Below, piece after piece: positions 27,966-37,800 of a DNA stretch of 64,000 nucleotides. Made by a program: the position numbers and the translations under genes. The notes under the pieces were generated by a model, which was not told the origin of the DNA, ran no database searches, and worked only from the letters and a program-made list of their open reading frames with translations. Within the stretch, counting starts at the first letter, position 1; each line of letters begins with the position of its first letter. Source of the stretch: Patescibacteria group bacterium (lineage in GTDB: Bacteria > Patescibacteriota > UBA1384 > 2-12-FULL-50-11); the NCBI GenBank assembly GCA_038058635.1, contig JBBUAP010000001.1, forward strand, positions 13,606-77,605, read 5' to 3'.

Positions 27966-29243
27966 TTAAATTCCAAGGAATGTTTTGAAAATCTTGTCGT
28001 CTTTGTATGGGCCGATAACGGCTAGGACTTGGCGACCCTTGACTAGTAAGCGTTTTGCCAGCACCTGAATTTCTTCGGCGGTGACGGCCTGAACATTCTT
28101 TTTGGCCGTCTCAAAGTCTTCGGCCTCGCCGAGTAGTCGATCGGTGCCGTACCACATGGCCAGATCAACTGGTCGATCGGAGCTCAAATCAAACGAACCG
28201 CAGATCAAGGCCTTAGCTTTAGCTAGCTCGGCGTCGCCAACCAACTTCTCGCGCAAGATGGCGAACTCGGCGTCGAGTGCTTCGAGGGTTTGAGCGATTT
28301 TAGCGGTGTTAACGCCCCCCGAAACTGTAATTAGGCCAGTATCCTCAAATGATTGAAGGGATGAGCTGATGGAATAAGCCAGTCCCTTTTTCTCTCGGAT
28401 ATTAAGAAACAATCGCGAACTCATGCCTCGACCCAAAACGGCGTTCAAGACGATACCGGTATACTCATCTTTGGCGTGAGATGCCAAATCTTGATCAGCG
28501 ACCGCCAGCTGAAAATGGGTTTGGTCGGTTTCTTTGTGATAAAAATTCAAGCCCGTCGCACTCGGACCAATAAAGGGTTTCGGTAAAGTGACCGCTTGAG
28601 GCGTCAGCGATTCGGTCAGCTTAAGCACTTCGGTTTTGATATCTTTTTGGCCAATATCACCAACGGCGATAAAAAGTGCTTGGCCGGGGTGATAGTATTT
28701 GGCTCGGTAGTCTTCGAATTGCTGAATCGTCATTTTTTGAATGTTCTCTTCGCTACCGATAACCGACTGGCCAAGTTGGTTGTTGGGAAAGAGTATCGGT
28801 CCGAGTAGCTCGTCAACGAAACTTGATGGGTCGTCTTTCATCCGACGAATCTCTTCTATTATAACGCCGCGTTCGCGCTCTAAATCAGCCGGACGCAACA
28901 AGGCCTTAAACGCCAGTTCGAACGGCACCGTCACCCCAGTCTGCCAAGCGGCCGACGGCACAGTATTCCAGTAGGCGGTATGGTCGTTAGCCGTCCAAGC
29001 GTTGAAGTAGCCGCCGACACCCTCAATCGCTTGAGCGACAGCCAGTGTGTCGGGGTATTTGGCGGTGCCCTTAAAAACCATGTGCTCAAGGAAATGAGCG
29101 ATACCGTTGTTGGCAGCATCTTCGTAGCGACTACCGCTGCGAATAACTAAGAAATTGGTGACGGAGTGAAAGCCAGGCAGATCGACGAGCACCAGCTGGA
29201 GGCCGTTGGGTAAGGTTTGGAATTGGGGAATAAGTTTGGCCAT
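27966..29243 (-). CDS. M16 family (pitrilysin-like) zinc peptidase
   Basis: GIAHFLEHMVFKGT, ERGVIIEE, SSRLFLNIREKKGLAY. Confidence 0.93.
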   Translation of the reverse strand: MAKLIPQFQTLPNGLQLVLVDLPGFHSVTNFLVIRSGSRYEDAANNGIAHFLEHMVFKGTAKYPDTLAVAQAIEGVGGYFNAWTANDHTAYWNTVPSAAWQTGVTVPFELAFKALLRPADLERERGVIIEEIRRMKDDPSSFVDELLGPILFPNNQLGQSVIGSEENIQKMTIQQFEDYRAKYYHPGQALFIAVGDIGQKDIKTEVLKLTESLTPQAVTLPKPFIGPSATGLNFYHKETDQTHFQLAVADQDLASHAKDEYTGIVLNAVLGRGMSSRLFLNIREKKGLAYSISSSLQSFEDTGLITVSGGVNTAKIAQTLEALDAEFAILREKLVGDAELAKAKALICGSFDLSSDRPVDLAMWYGTDRLLGEAEDFETAKKNVQAVTAEEIQVLAKRLLVKGRQVLAVIGPYKDDKIFKTFLGI

Positions 29244-29356
29244 GGGCTTGATTGTACCTCGTCAGGAGCTTGAACGGAAGAGTCCTCTGGATACTCCAAG
29301 GGTTGGGATTTGACACCGAAATATTGGTCAGTTAGTCTGAATGTAAGGAGGGGATT

Positions 29357-30829
29357 TTGATTAGTGTACCGATCGACAGAATTGTGCCGTTAACCGACGC
29401 CCGCGACAACTTTAGTCGCCTCATTAGTGATATCGAAACCCTTTCTGACGGCTTGTACGTCCTGACCAAAGGCGGGAAACCGGCCATCGCTTTGATTAAT
29501 ATCAAGTATTTAGAGGAGATAATGGATGGCAAGATTGGTGAGAATCACGAATCACGGATCACGAATGCCGGATCAGATCATAAGCCGGAAATTAGTCGCA
29601 AAGTTCACGAGCCAATCCATCGGCCAGCGCCAGTTAAGTTACCGGAACTACCTAAACCCCCAATCGTGTCTAAACCCGACTTCGCTAAAGCTACGACGGA
29701 CAAGCCCAATTTCGAGGTGCCGCGGATTACAACAGCGCCAATCGGTCCCTCGGCTGAGATTACTTCGACTCCACTCCTCTCGACTGGGCTCCCCTCGACA
29801 CAGCTCGGGGTAAACGGGGTAAACCAGTTGCCAGGAGCTTCTTTGCCGTCAAGCAACTACGATGTTAAACCGACCATTAACCCGACCTGGACTGGTGAGG
29901 AAGCGACCGCAAAGCCGCTAGCACCTAGCAGTCTAGCTCCTAGCCAAAGCCCAACTTCTTTTGCACCGGTTCCAAAGCCAGAAGCTAGTAGCCAGTTGCC
30001 AGTTGCTCCGCCAGCTGGCGGATTGCCCCCGATTGCCCAATTAGACAAGCCCTCGCCCCTCGACTCCGCTCTGGGTAAACCTCCGCCGCCTCCGACACCA
30101 AGCAAACCGACGATCAATCCCTGGCCAATCATCCCGCCGAGGTCACCCCAAGTGACCGAGAAGGGATACGAGTCTACGACGACTGTCCCGCCGCGTCGGG
30201 ACGACGCAAGGGATACGAGCCCCGCGACTGTCCCGCCGCGACCGGTCAATACCGCCCTGCCTCTAGCCCCTAGCAGTCTAGCTCCTAGCCCATCATCTTT
30301 TACGACAGTTCCAAAGCCAGAAGCTAGTAGCCCCTCGACTGGTCTCCCCTCGACACAGCTCGGGGTAAACGGGGTAAACCCGCTGCCAGAAGCTTCATAT
30401 CCCAAGATGGTCGCTCCGCCGCCACCACCACCGCCGTCATCGCTACCAAGAATCCCTAGCAGTTTTCAAACCGTGCCAGTACCAATCAACGGCAATAAAC
30501 CCCCAACTACAGCGCCAGCTCCACTTCCCCCTCCCCCTATAACGACTGCTCCAGCACCGTTTGCTAATACATCGCCAGAAGCTCCTGTTGTCACTCCCTC
30601 GACTCCGCTCGGGACAAACCCCAAACCGGCCGATAGCATCTCCTTCGACCAGCCCCCAACGACCATTCCTGAACCAGGAGAAGATCTTCCAATGCCTTCG
30701 GCGTCTACTAGCAATCAACTTCTAGCAACTAGCACCGATTCGGTTCCTGCTCCAAAGCCAGAAGCTAGTAGCCAGTTGCCAGTTGCTCCTCCACAAGGCC
30801 AGGCGTCAGTTCAAGACTTAGAAATCTAG
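29357..30829 (+). CDS. Phd/YefM-type domain fused to a long Pro-rich repeat-derived tail
   Basis: VPLTDARDNFSRLI..YVLTKGGKPAIALI N-terminus; GGAGG RBS before TTG; internal DNA repeats. Confidence 0.75.
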   Translation: MISVPIDRIVPLTDARDNFSRLISDIETLSDGLYVLTKGGKPAIALINIKYLEEIMDGKIGENHESRITNAGSDHKPEISRKVHEPIHRPAPVKLPELPKPPIVSKPDFAKATTDKPNFEVPRITTAPIGPSAEITSTPLLSTGLPSTQLGVNGVNQLPGASLPSSNYDVKPTINPTWTGEEATAKPLAPSSLAPSQSPTSFAPVPKPEASSQLPVAPPAGGLPPIAQLDKPSPLDSALGKPPPPPTPSKPTINPWPIIPPRSPQVTEKGYESTTTVPPRRDDARDTSPATVPPRPVNTALPLAPSSLAPSPSSFTTVPKPEASSPSTGLPSTQLGVNGVNPLPEASYPKMVAPPPPPPPSSLPRIPSSFQTVPVPINGNKPPTTAPAPLPPPPITTAPAPFANTSPEAPVVTPSTPLGTNPKPADSISFDQPPTTIPEPGEDLPMPSASTSNQLLATSTDSVPAPKPEASSQLPVAPPQGQASVQDLEI

Positions 30830-31413
30830 CTGTAGTGGCTGAAAAACCAGGCTGCAATCAGAGTTAATCCGGCACCAAGAATTGTGCCGGCGATAAGTTG
30901 ATTCGGCGAATGCTGTTTTAGCTGCAAGCGCGACCAAATGACCGGCAGTAAGACCAAGTACCCAAGCACAAACCAATTCCCTTGATAAACTACCAACAGA
31001 CTACTTAGGCCAGCAATGGTGGCGGCATGCAGGCTAATTTTCCAAACTGTCGTCACCACCGTCAGCGCCGCCAGCATCGTCACGAGAATGTAGCTCATCT
31101 CGGTAAAGGTGGCGTTTTGAAGTTTCGATTGAACAAGGAAACTACCGATCACCGCCCCCAGGGTTGAGAGCATCAGCGGTACAATTCGGTCGTGTCGTTC
31201 GGTCAGATCCAGGTCGACTGCCCCCTCTTTACGCCAGATATAAACGCTGTAAATAATCCCCGGCAGAACCAATAAACCGATACCGATAATGCTACCTTGC
31301 CAGAATTTTTCAAATGAATCGGTGTAACGACCGACCACCGTCACGACACTGACCGAAACCACCAGTGCTGGGTTAGTTAATAATGAAACTGTTTTAGCTA
31401 GTTTCAGGTGCAT
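30826..31413 (-). CDS. PAP2-like membrane protein
   Basis: WKISLH, WSRLQLKQHS..QLIAG; multi-TM. Confidence 0.75.
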   Translation of the reverse strand: MHLKLAKTVSLLTNPALVVSVSVVTVVGRYTDSFEKFWQGSIIGIGLLVLPGIIYSVYIWRKEGAVDLDLTERHDRIVPLMLSTLGAVIGSFLVQSKLQNATFTEMSYILVTMLAALTVVTTVWKISLHAATIAGLSSLLVVYQGNWFVLGYLVLLPVIWSRLQLKQHSPNQLIAGTILGAGLTLIAAWFFSHYS

Positions 31414-31999
31414 TAGTTGACTGATATTTCTTTCTGCTGACTAGATTCCAAATCTTTTCGAGCAGTCTCTGTAAAGGACGATCAAGAGCAACTAATAATC
31501 CAAACCCGATCACTCCGATCAGCCAGCCACCTAGAATATCGCCAACGAAATGAAAACCGATAGCCACTCTGGCGATGCTCGATAAAACAGTTGCGACTAG
31601 AAAGATCCAGGCCCAGGTTTTTTGGCGGTAGTAAAACAGGGCGCAAGTCACAAATAGTAAGACCGCGGCGTGGTCAGATGGGAAAGCTTTTTGGGGTTGC
31701 TCCAGTAATAGCTCCTTGATGCCAGCAAAGGCAAACGGCCGATCACGAAAACCAAATTGAGTGTAAAAGAACTCACCGGCCAGCTTACTCATCACTTGCC
31801 AGGTAAAAATCGCCCCGATAAATATCTTCACCGCCACCCAACGGCTGGTTTTTTGCCAGACCAACCAAACTAAAGCGATTGGCAGTAAAAAGATCGGGTA
31901 TGAGGCAAAGATATAAGCTATCTTTTGAAGAGCGAGATTGTCTCTGGTAAAGCGGTACATTTCCTCCGTCAGATTTTGATCAACCACGATTAGTGACAT
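31394..31999 (-). CDS. PAP2 family phosphatase (undecaprenyl-diphosphatase-like)
   Basis: RDRPF, FPSDH, ARVAIGFHFVGD. Confidence 0.88.
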   Translation of the reverse strand: MSLIVVDQNLTEEMYRFTRDNLALQKIAYIFASYPIFLLPIALVWLVWQKTSRWVAVKIFIGAIFTWQVMSKLAGEFFYTQFGFRDRPFAFAGIKELLLEQPQKAFPSDHAAVLLFVTCALFYYRQKTWAWIFLVATVLSSIARVAIGFHFVGDILGGWLIGVIGFGLLVALDRPLQRLLEKIWNLVSRKKYQSTNAPETS

Positions 32000-32085
32000 A
32001 TCTGCTAAAGTATATCCGATGAAGCCAACTTGCCCAAGCAATGTCACTCACAAGCTCGTTCGTCTTACTCACCAGCGTTCGTAAG

Positions 32086-33024
32086 ATGACAATCAGTCGA
32101 GCTGTTAAAGACTACCTTCGATTTCTAGCCACCGCCCGTGGCGCTTCAGCGCACACCGTTAAAAACTATCGCCACTACTTAGCTAGTTTCCAGAGCTGGG
32201 CCGAGTCGAACAGGGTGGAACATATCGAGAAGCTGACTGGCGAAGAAATCATCGACTACCAACTGGTTTTGCTTGACCCGGGCGGAGTTAAACGGAGCCG
32301 AGCGACTGTCAACTACTATTTAATCGCCCTACGATCGTTACTCAAATACTTGATTGGCCGCGATCTGGTAGTCTTACCGCCAGAAAAGGTAACTTTAAGT
32401 AAGGTGCCGGGGCGACAGGTTCACTTTTTGTCGCCAGAGGAGATGGGGGAGATGATCTCGTCAGAACCGCTTGAAAATATGTCCGACTACCGCGACCGAG
32501 CCATCATCTCTGTTTTATTTTCGACTGGCCTGCGAATTAGCGAGCTATTAGCTCTGAAGCGCAACCAAATTAATCTAGCCACCGGCGAATTTTCCGTTCG
32601 CGGTAAGGGCGGCAAAGTTCGACCGGTGTTTCTTTCTGAAAGTGCCCTTGACGCTCTCGGTGAGTATATCGATCAGCGCGCCGACACCAATCCGTTTGTC
32701 TTTGTCAGGCACCACAAAAAAAGTGCGCTCGATTCAACGAAGCTGCCGCTTTCCGGTCGAACTGTTCAGCGCTCTATTCGCGACATCGCCGCTCGAGCCG
32801 GCATTACCAAGCCAATCAGCCCCCATAAAATCCGCCATTCATTCGCCACCGATTTACTTCGCAACGGAGCCGATCTGCGCTCGGTCCAGGCCTTGCTTGG
32901 CCACTCGTCAATCACCACCACCCAAATTTATACTCATGTCACCGACAAAAGCCTGAAAGACATCCATCAGCGCTTCCACTCACCGAAAGCGAACTTGCCT
33001 CTTGATAGCGAGCAACATTCCTGA
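32086..33024 (+). CDS. XerC/XerD-like tyrosine recombinase
   Basis: SAHTVKNY, TGLRISE, GKGGKVR, HKIRHSFAT, LLGH, TTQIYTH. Confidence 0.93.
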   Translation: MTISRAVKDYLRFLATARGASAHTVKNYRHYLASFQSWAESNRVEHIEKLTGEEIIDYQLVLLDPGGVKRSRATVNYYLIALRSLLKYLIGRDLVVLPPEKVTLSKVPGRQVHFLSPEEMGEMISSEPLENMSDYRDRAIISVLFSTGLRISELLALKRNQINLATGEFSVRGKGGKVRPVFLSESALDALGEYIDQRADTNPFVFVRHHKKSALDSTKLPLSGRTVQRSIRDIAARAGITKPISPHKIRHSFATDLLRNGADLRSVQALLGHSSITTTQIYTHVTDKSLKDIHQRFHSPKANLPLDSEQHS

Positions 33025-33040
33025 TAGAATTTTGAAAGAA

Positions 33041-33508
33041 ATGCCAACTAAGGAAAAAGAAATTGTAGAAACAGCGCCGGAAGTTGCGGAAGTAACTGCC
33101 GGTGATGTTGAAGTGGTTGAGGATCAAACATTAGAAGCTTCTGGTGCGACCGAAACCAAATCCGAGACAACAAATGCCCGGATGTATTTGCTGTCAGCTT
33201 TGGCAAAAGACGCCACCGGTGCTCTGGCCGAATTGACTGCTTTGGTCTCGACAGTTGGCTCAAGAGTTGAAAAAGCCGAAGACCTGGGTTTGAAAAAACT
33301 AGCTTTTCCAATTAATAAACATCTCGAACTATCGTTGGTATCGGTCTTTTTCAACGCCGACGCTCCAACTATAAAAGCCCTGGAAAGCGAACTTAAGCAC
33401 GCCGACACAATCGAGCGCCATCTGCTCTCCACCTGGCGAGCCGGTCTCGAAGAGCCAAAGCGCCGTCTAGCCGAACGACAGAAGCGAGAGGCAAGAGTCG
33501 ATGTTTAG
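33041..33508 (+). CDS. rpsF: 30S ribosomal protein S6 with acidic N-terminal extension
   Basis: EDLGLKKLAFPINK; upstream of ssb-rpsR. Confidence 0.85.
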   Translation: MPTKEKEIVETAPEVAEVTAGDVEVVEDQTLEASGATETKSETTNARMYLLSALAKDATGALAELTALVSTVGSRVEKAEDLGLKKLAFPINKHLELSLVSVFFNADAPTIKALESELKHADTIERHLLSTWRAGLEEPKRRLAERQKREARVDV

Positions 33509-33947
33509 TTTAAATCGCGCCACTATCGTTGGTAATCTGACTCGCGATCCAGAAACCCGAGCCATTCCGAGCGGTCAGACTGTCTGCTCTTTTGCAGTAG
33601 CCACCAATCGTCGCTGGAAAGACAAGGAAGGCAACACCAAAGAAGACACCCAGTACCACGAGGTAACCGCTTGGGGCAAGTTAGGCGAGTTAGCGGCCCA
33701 AATGCTCTCTAAGGGTAAAAAAGTTTACGTTGAAGGGCGTCTCCAGACCAATTCATGGGAAGGTACTGATGGCGCTAAACGAAGCCGGACCGAAATCGTC
33801 GCCGAGAACTTCATTCCCCTTTCACCAAAAGGCGATCTGCCAGTTAGTGATTTTGTTCCGAGTGCCAGCGACGAAAGTCCCAAAGAGAAGAAGGCCGATA
33901 AAACTGACACCGCCGAAGAAATAAACTTGGATGATATTCCTTTTTAG
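33501..33947 (+). CDS. ssb: single-stranded DNA-binding protein
   Basis: VGNLTRDPE, KGKKVYVEGRL, C-terminal DDIPF. Confidence 0.97.
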   Translation: MFSLNRATIVGNLTRDPETRAIPSGQTVCSFAVATNRRWKDKEGNTKEDTQYHEVTAWGKLGELAAQMLSKGKKVYVEGRLQTNSWEGTDGAKRSRTEIVAENFIPLSPKGDLPVSDFVPSASDESPKEKKADKTDTAEEINLDDIPF

Positions 33948-33977
33948 AAATACCAATAACGAATAACGAAAAATATA

Positions 33978-34187
33978 ATGAAAAGACGAGTTGATTGTTA
34001 CTTTAAGAAAAACCGGGTGAAGGAGATCGATTATCGCGATACCCAAATGCTTAACCGCTACATCACTAGCTGGGGCAAGATTAAGTCTGCCCGTGAAACC
34101 AATACTTCTACCAAATATCAGCGTGTACTAGCGATAGCTATCAAACGCGCCCGCTACATGGGACTGCTCTCGGCCGCTAAACGCTAA
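33978..34187 (+). CDS. rpsR: 30S ribosomal protein S18
   Basis: [25 protein letters not shown]. Confidence 0.95.
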   Translation: MKRRVDCYFKKNRVKEIDYRDTQMLNRYITSWGKIKSARETNTSTKYQRVLAIAIKRARYMGLLSAAKR

Positions 34188-34189
34188 AA

Positions 34190-34741
34190 ATGCTTTCTTT
34201 AGCCCAGGTGAAGGTCGGCTCAAAGATAATGTTTCGTGATACGCCGCACGAAGTGATGAGCGCTAACCAGGTTCAAGCCGGACGGGGACAGGCCAAGCTC
34301 GACACTAAATTGCGCAATCTCTTGACCCAAGCGATTTTTGAACAAACTTTTCAGGGCAACGACAGGATTGAGGAAGCGTCTTTGCAATACAAAAATGCCA
34401 CATATCTTTACCCAGAAGGTGAGCTGGCCCAAGCGATGCTCGCCGATACCTTCGAACAAGTGCCGGTCAAACTCCCGCCCGAACGATTTAAATATTTAAA
34501 AGAAGGTCAGCCGATTGATCTCTTGTTCTGGCGTGATCAAGTAATTGATGTCCGCTCGCCGAAAAAAGTTGAACTGGAGGTCACCTACGCCGAACCAGCC
34601 GAAAAGGGCAACACCGTCAACGCCGCCCTCAAGCCGGCCACGCTGGAAACCGGCGCCACCGTCAACGTTCCTCTGTTTATAAAAACCGGCGACAAAATCA
34701 CTGTTAATACCGAGACCGGCCAGTACGACAGCCGAGCGTAG
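34190..34741 (+). CDS. efp: elongation factor P
   Basis: GRGQA loop, EPAEKGNT, KPATLETG, VPLFIKTGD, YDSRA. Confidence 0.93.
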   Translation: MLSLAQVKVGSKIMFRDTPHEVMSANQVQAGRGQAKLDTKLRNLLTQAIFEQTFQGNDRIEEASLQYKNATYLYPEGELAQAMLADTFEQVPVKLPPERFKYLKEGQPIDLLFWRDQVIDVRSPKKVELEVTYAEPAEKGNTVNAALKPATLETGATVNVPLFIKTGDKITVNTETGQYDSRA

Positions 34742-34818
34742 CTCGGCAAGAATAAAGATTCTAGAATTATGAGTCAGGAAGGGATCTTGTTCCTTAATTC
34801 CTAATTCTCCTGACCTTG

Positions 34819-37800
34819 TCAGGGTACGATCTCGTACACTTTGGGGAGGGTGCCGGAGACGGAGGTGACGAGGTAACCGCGCTTGACCCCGCCGTAGTAG
34901 CCGACGACTTTGTAAGTATCGGTGGCGCCGAGGGCTTGGGCAGCGTTCAACACAAAGAGCAAGTCTTCGGCATCTGGTAATGTTGGCAGGTAGCGGGTGG
35001 CATCTGACTTACACTGGTAAAGATTGTTAAGTAACTCTGGGTCACCGTTGGCATCTTTTTTAATGTCACTTTTAGCACAGTAGCTATACCAGCCAGCTGT
35101 GGTACCCGTACTACCGCCCCGACTGCTGGCGATGGCATTTCCGACACCGACGCTGGTGGCCAAAATCGCTCCCCCTTTGTCGGTCGCGTTATTAATAGCC
35201 GTGTAGGCAACCAGGCCGGCGGATTTATCGCCATAATTCGTTGTCGCTCGACCGTAAAGCGTAGTGGCAGTACAGCCAAAGCTGAGGAGTTTGTCACAGC
35301 GGTACGGGCGGTAGCCGTCTTGATCCCAACGGCCATTAACACCAGCCCCTGACAGAGTCGGGACAGACATAATTAAACTGGCTAGAGGCGTACTTCCCTG
35401 GCTTTTAAATCTGGCACCTAAATCGCTTAAAATTGCCGTTCGGCCCCAACTCCAACCGTTATAAGGATTAGGATCGTTCGAATCAATTTGACTATTATTA
35501 CGACCCATACCACCCAACTGAGATAGTAATGGCTTTGAAGAGCAGACCGTACCAGCAGAACCATTGACTTGGCCAAGATAAGTACATACCTTGTTAGTGC
35601 CCCGATCGCTGCCCTGGAACTTCAGGGATTTATCAACGCCGCTAGGCCAGCCGGTAGCGTTGTCCTCGATGGTTTTAGTTAGAGAGACGGCGGTCGGATC
35701 GTTAGCGGCAAAGTTGTCGATAATATAGAAGCTGTTGTCGATATTATTTCCGCTATCGGGCCGGCCGAGCATTTTGGCACCGATCGAACTACCGTAGTCA
35801 GCGCTGGAAATGTCGGTTTTTTGTTTGCCTCCAAAGTAGACCAGTTTGGTTAATCCGCCGGATTTGTAGGCGACGAGTGAGCCACCAAATAGATTAGGGA
35901 TGTCGCTGGCCGAGTTGGGCGAGACATACTGGGGCGTCCAAGCGGCGTTACCAAAAGTCGGATTTGCTCCAGCGTTATCTTGTTTCCAGAGCGAGCCGTA
36001 CTGACCGAATGTCCCACCAACCATAAATAACTTACTGGCATTCTGAATGACTCTTGCCCCTGCAGTAAATATACTAGCCACCGCTCCGGCTCGTCGAGGT
36101 GAGGGGCGGTAAAGAAGGGTAGGATTTTTAGCGGAGAGGCGAATCTTCCAGGCCCCATTACCAACAACATCTTTGACCCACTCTGGAGCGTTGGTGGAAT
36201 CGTAATAATTCATTTGATGATCGGTGATAGTAACGAGACGATCGGTTCCACCAGCATTGGCAATTTGACTCGAGCTATAGCCGAACGGATGGGGAGAAGC
36301 GATCAGTTTGTCAAAGTAAATATTGAAAGTATTGTTTACAAAAGTTCGTCTTGTAACGATAAAGGTATAGGCGTTGACCGGGAAAGTCCCGGGTGGGTTA
36401 CCAGTATTAAGCCAAATCATCACCATCGCCCCGACACCCGGAACCCGACCAAGATTTGGCACGTTTTGGAGCGAGACATGATCAGAATAACCCTTGAAGG
36501 TACCTCCAATAGTCGTAGTTGTGTCAAACGACGGGGTCATAGTGACTTTGACGTTCTTTGAATCACCAGAAAGGCCGGAATCCCCTGGATAGTCCGGGTT
36601 ATGCCTCAGGCAGAGCTGTTTAGTTTCGTAGACTACACCACATGGCGAATTAGTAAACATGTCCTCAACAATGCCATGAAAAGTTTCGCGACTACCATCA
36701 CTTGTTCGTCGCTCTAGCGTTGCCCAGGCTCCAACAACAACTTTATCGGCATCATTGGGATCAATTTCCATTCGCCATTTCTTACTGTCGTCCCAGATTT
36801 TGTAAGTAATATTATTACGATCGGTGTAATCCTTATCTTTGACTGCCCCAAGGTTCACACCGCCACCTGTAATATTGCTAGTAGCAACTTGATAAGTGTA
36901 ATTCGACCGAATAACCTGAAAGTTGTAAACGCTACTAGTGGTAAAGTTGGGGTCGATTGTATTGTCCGTTGGCTGGGGCAACCAGGCGGCGCTAAGGGGC
37001 CCGGGATTAGTAGCCTTGTTCTTAAACTCTACATTCCACAAATCAGCGAAGCGTAGATTGTAGTTGATGTTTTTAGCGGCGCCTTCCCAGTATGAGGCCT
37101 TGGTTGGCGCTAGCGGTTGGAGAGCAAGGGTGGCACCGTAACGAGGCGAGGGGAAGGCGATAGCCGAATCGCTGGCAGCGATAGCACTGCCTTGATCTTG
37201 TACCACAAAGTCAGCAACGGCACTTTTGGTCTCATCGGAGACAAAATAGGCCTTACCATAAATATCGATATAGTTTATAAAGCCGGACAGGGTGTTGGTC
37301 AGACTAGTTGCGTCGTACTGCTCCAAGACAACCGAGTCTCCAACAGCGTAGCCGGTCGAGTCGCCACTCGAATCTAGTTGGCAAAAATAATGGCCAGCAT
37401 CTATGCCACCAACGCAGGTGTTGGTGGTGATCTGTCGCTTGACCACTTGGATCGCTAGAGACTTCATCGTAATCGATCCTTCAGAACCGTTATAACCGTA
37501 GACCATGAGTTCAACCATGTTGTTATTGTTGTAAACATTTTTTACTTTGCCCCAGGCGTAAAATTTACTGTCATCGGCTTTATTGCCGTACAGATAGACT
37601 TCATCGCCTTTGGCAAGCCCTGCGACGGCAGGATTAAGATAAATGAGCGAAGAAGCAGTACCATCAACCACAAGATCTTGGGATTCACCAGGTTTATTTT
37701 TTACTATCCAATTCCATCGCTCTAAGCCAGAGCGATCAGCCAGTGTTGAGGTAACACGAACGGTATAGCGTAGCCCACTCTGAATTTTCTTTGTTACGTC

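Noticed and set aside
29526-30718. Antisense and alternate-frame ORFs within the Pro-rich gene and other long genes
   Set aside because: Explained as shadows of low-complexity or biased codon usage on the coding strand
32086-33024. Tyrosine recombinase as prophage or integron integrase
   Set aside because: Xer-like size and motifs, housekeeping context, no phage genes or IntI-type insertion evident
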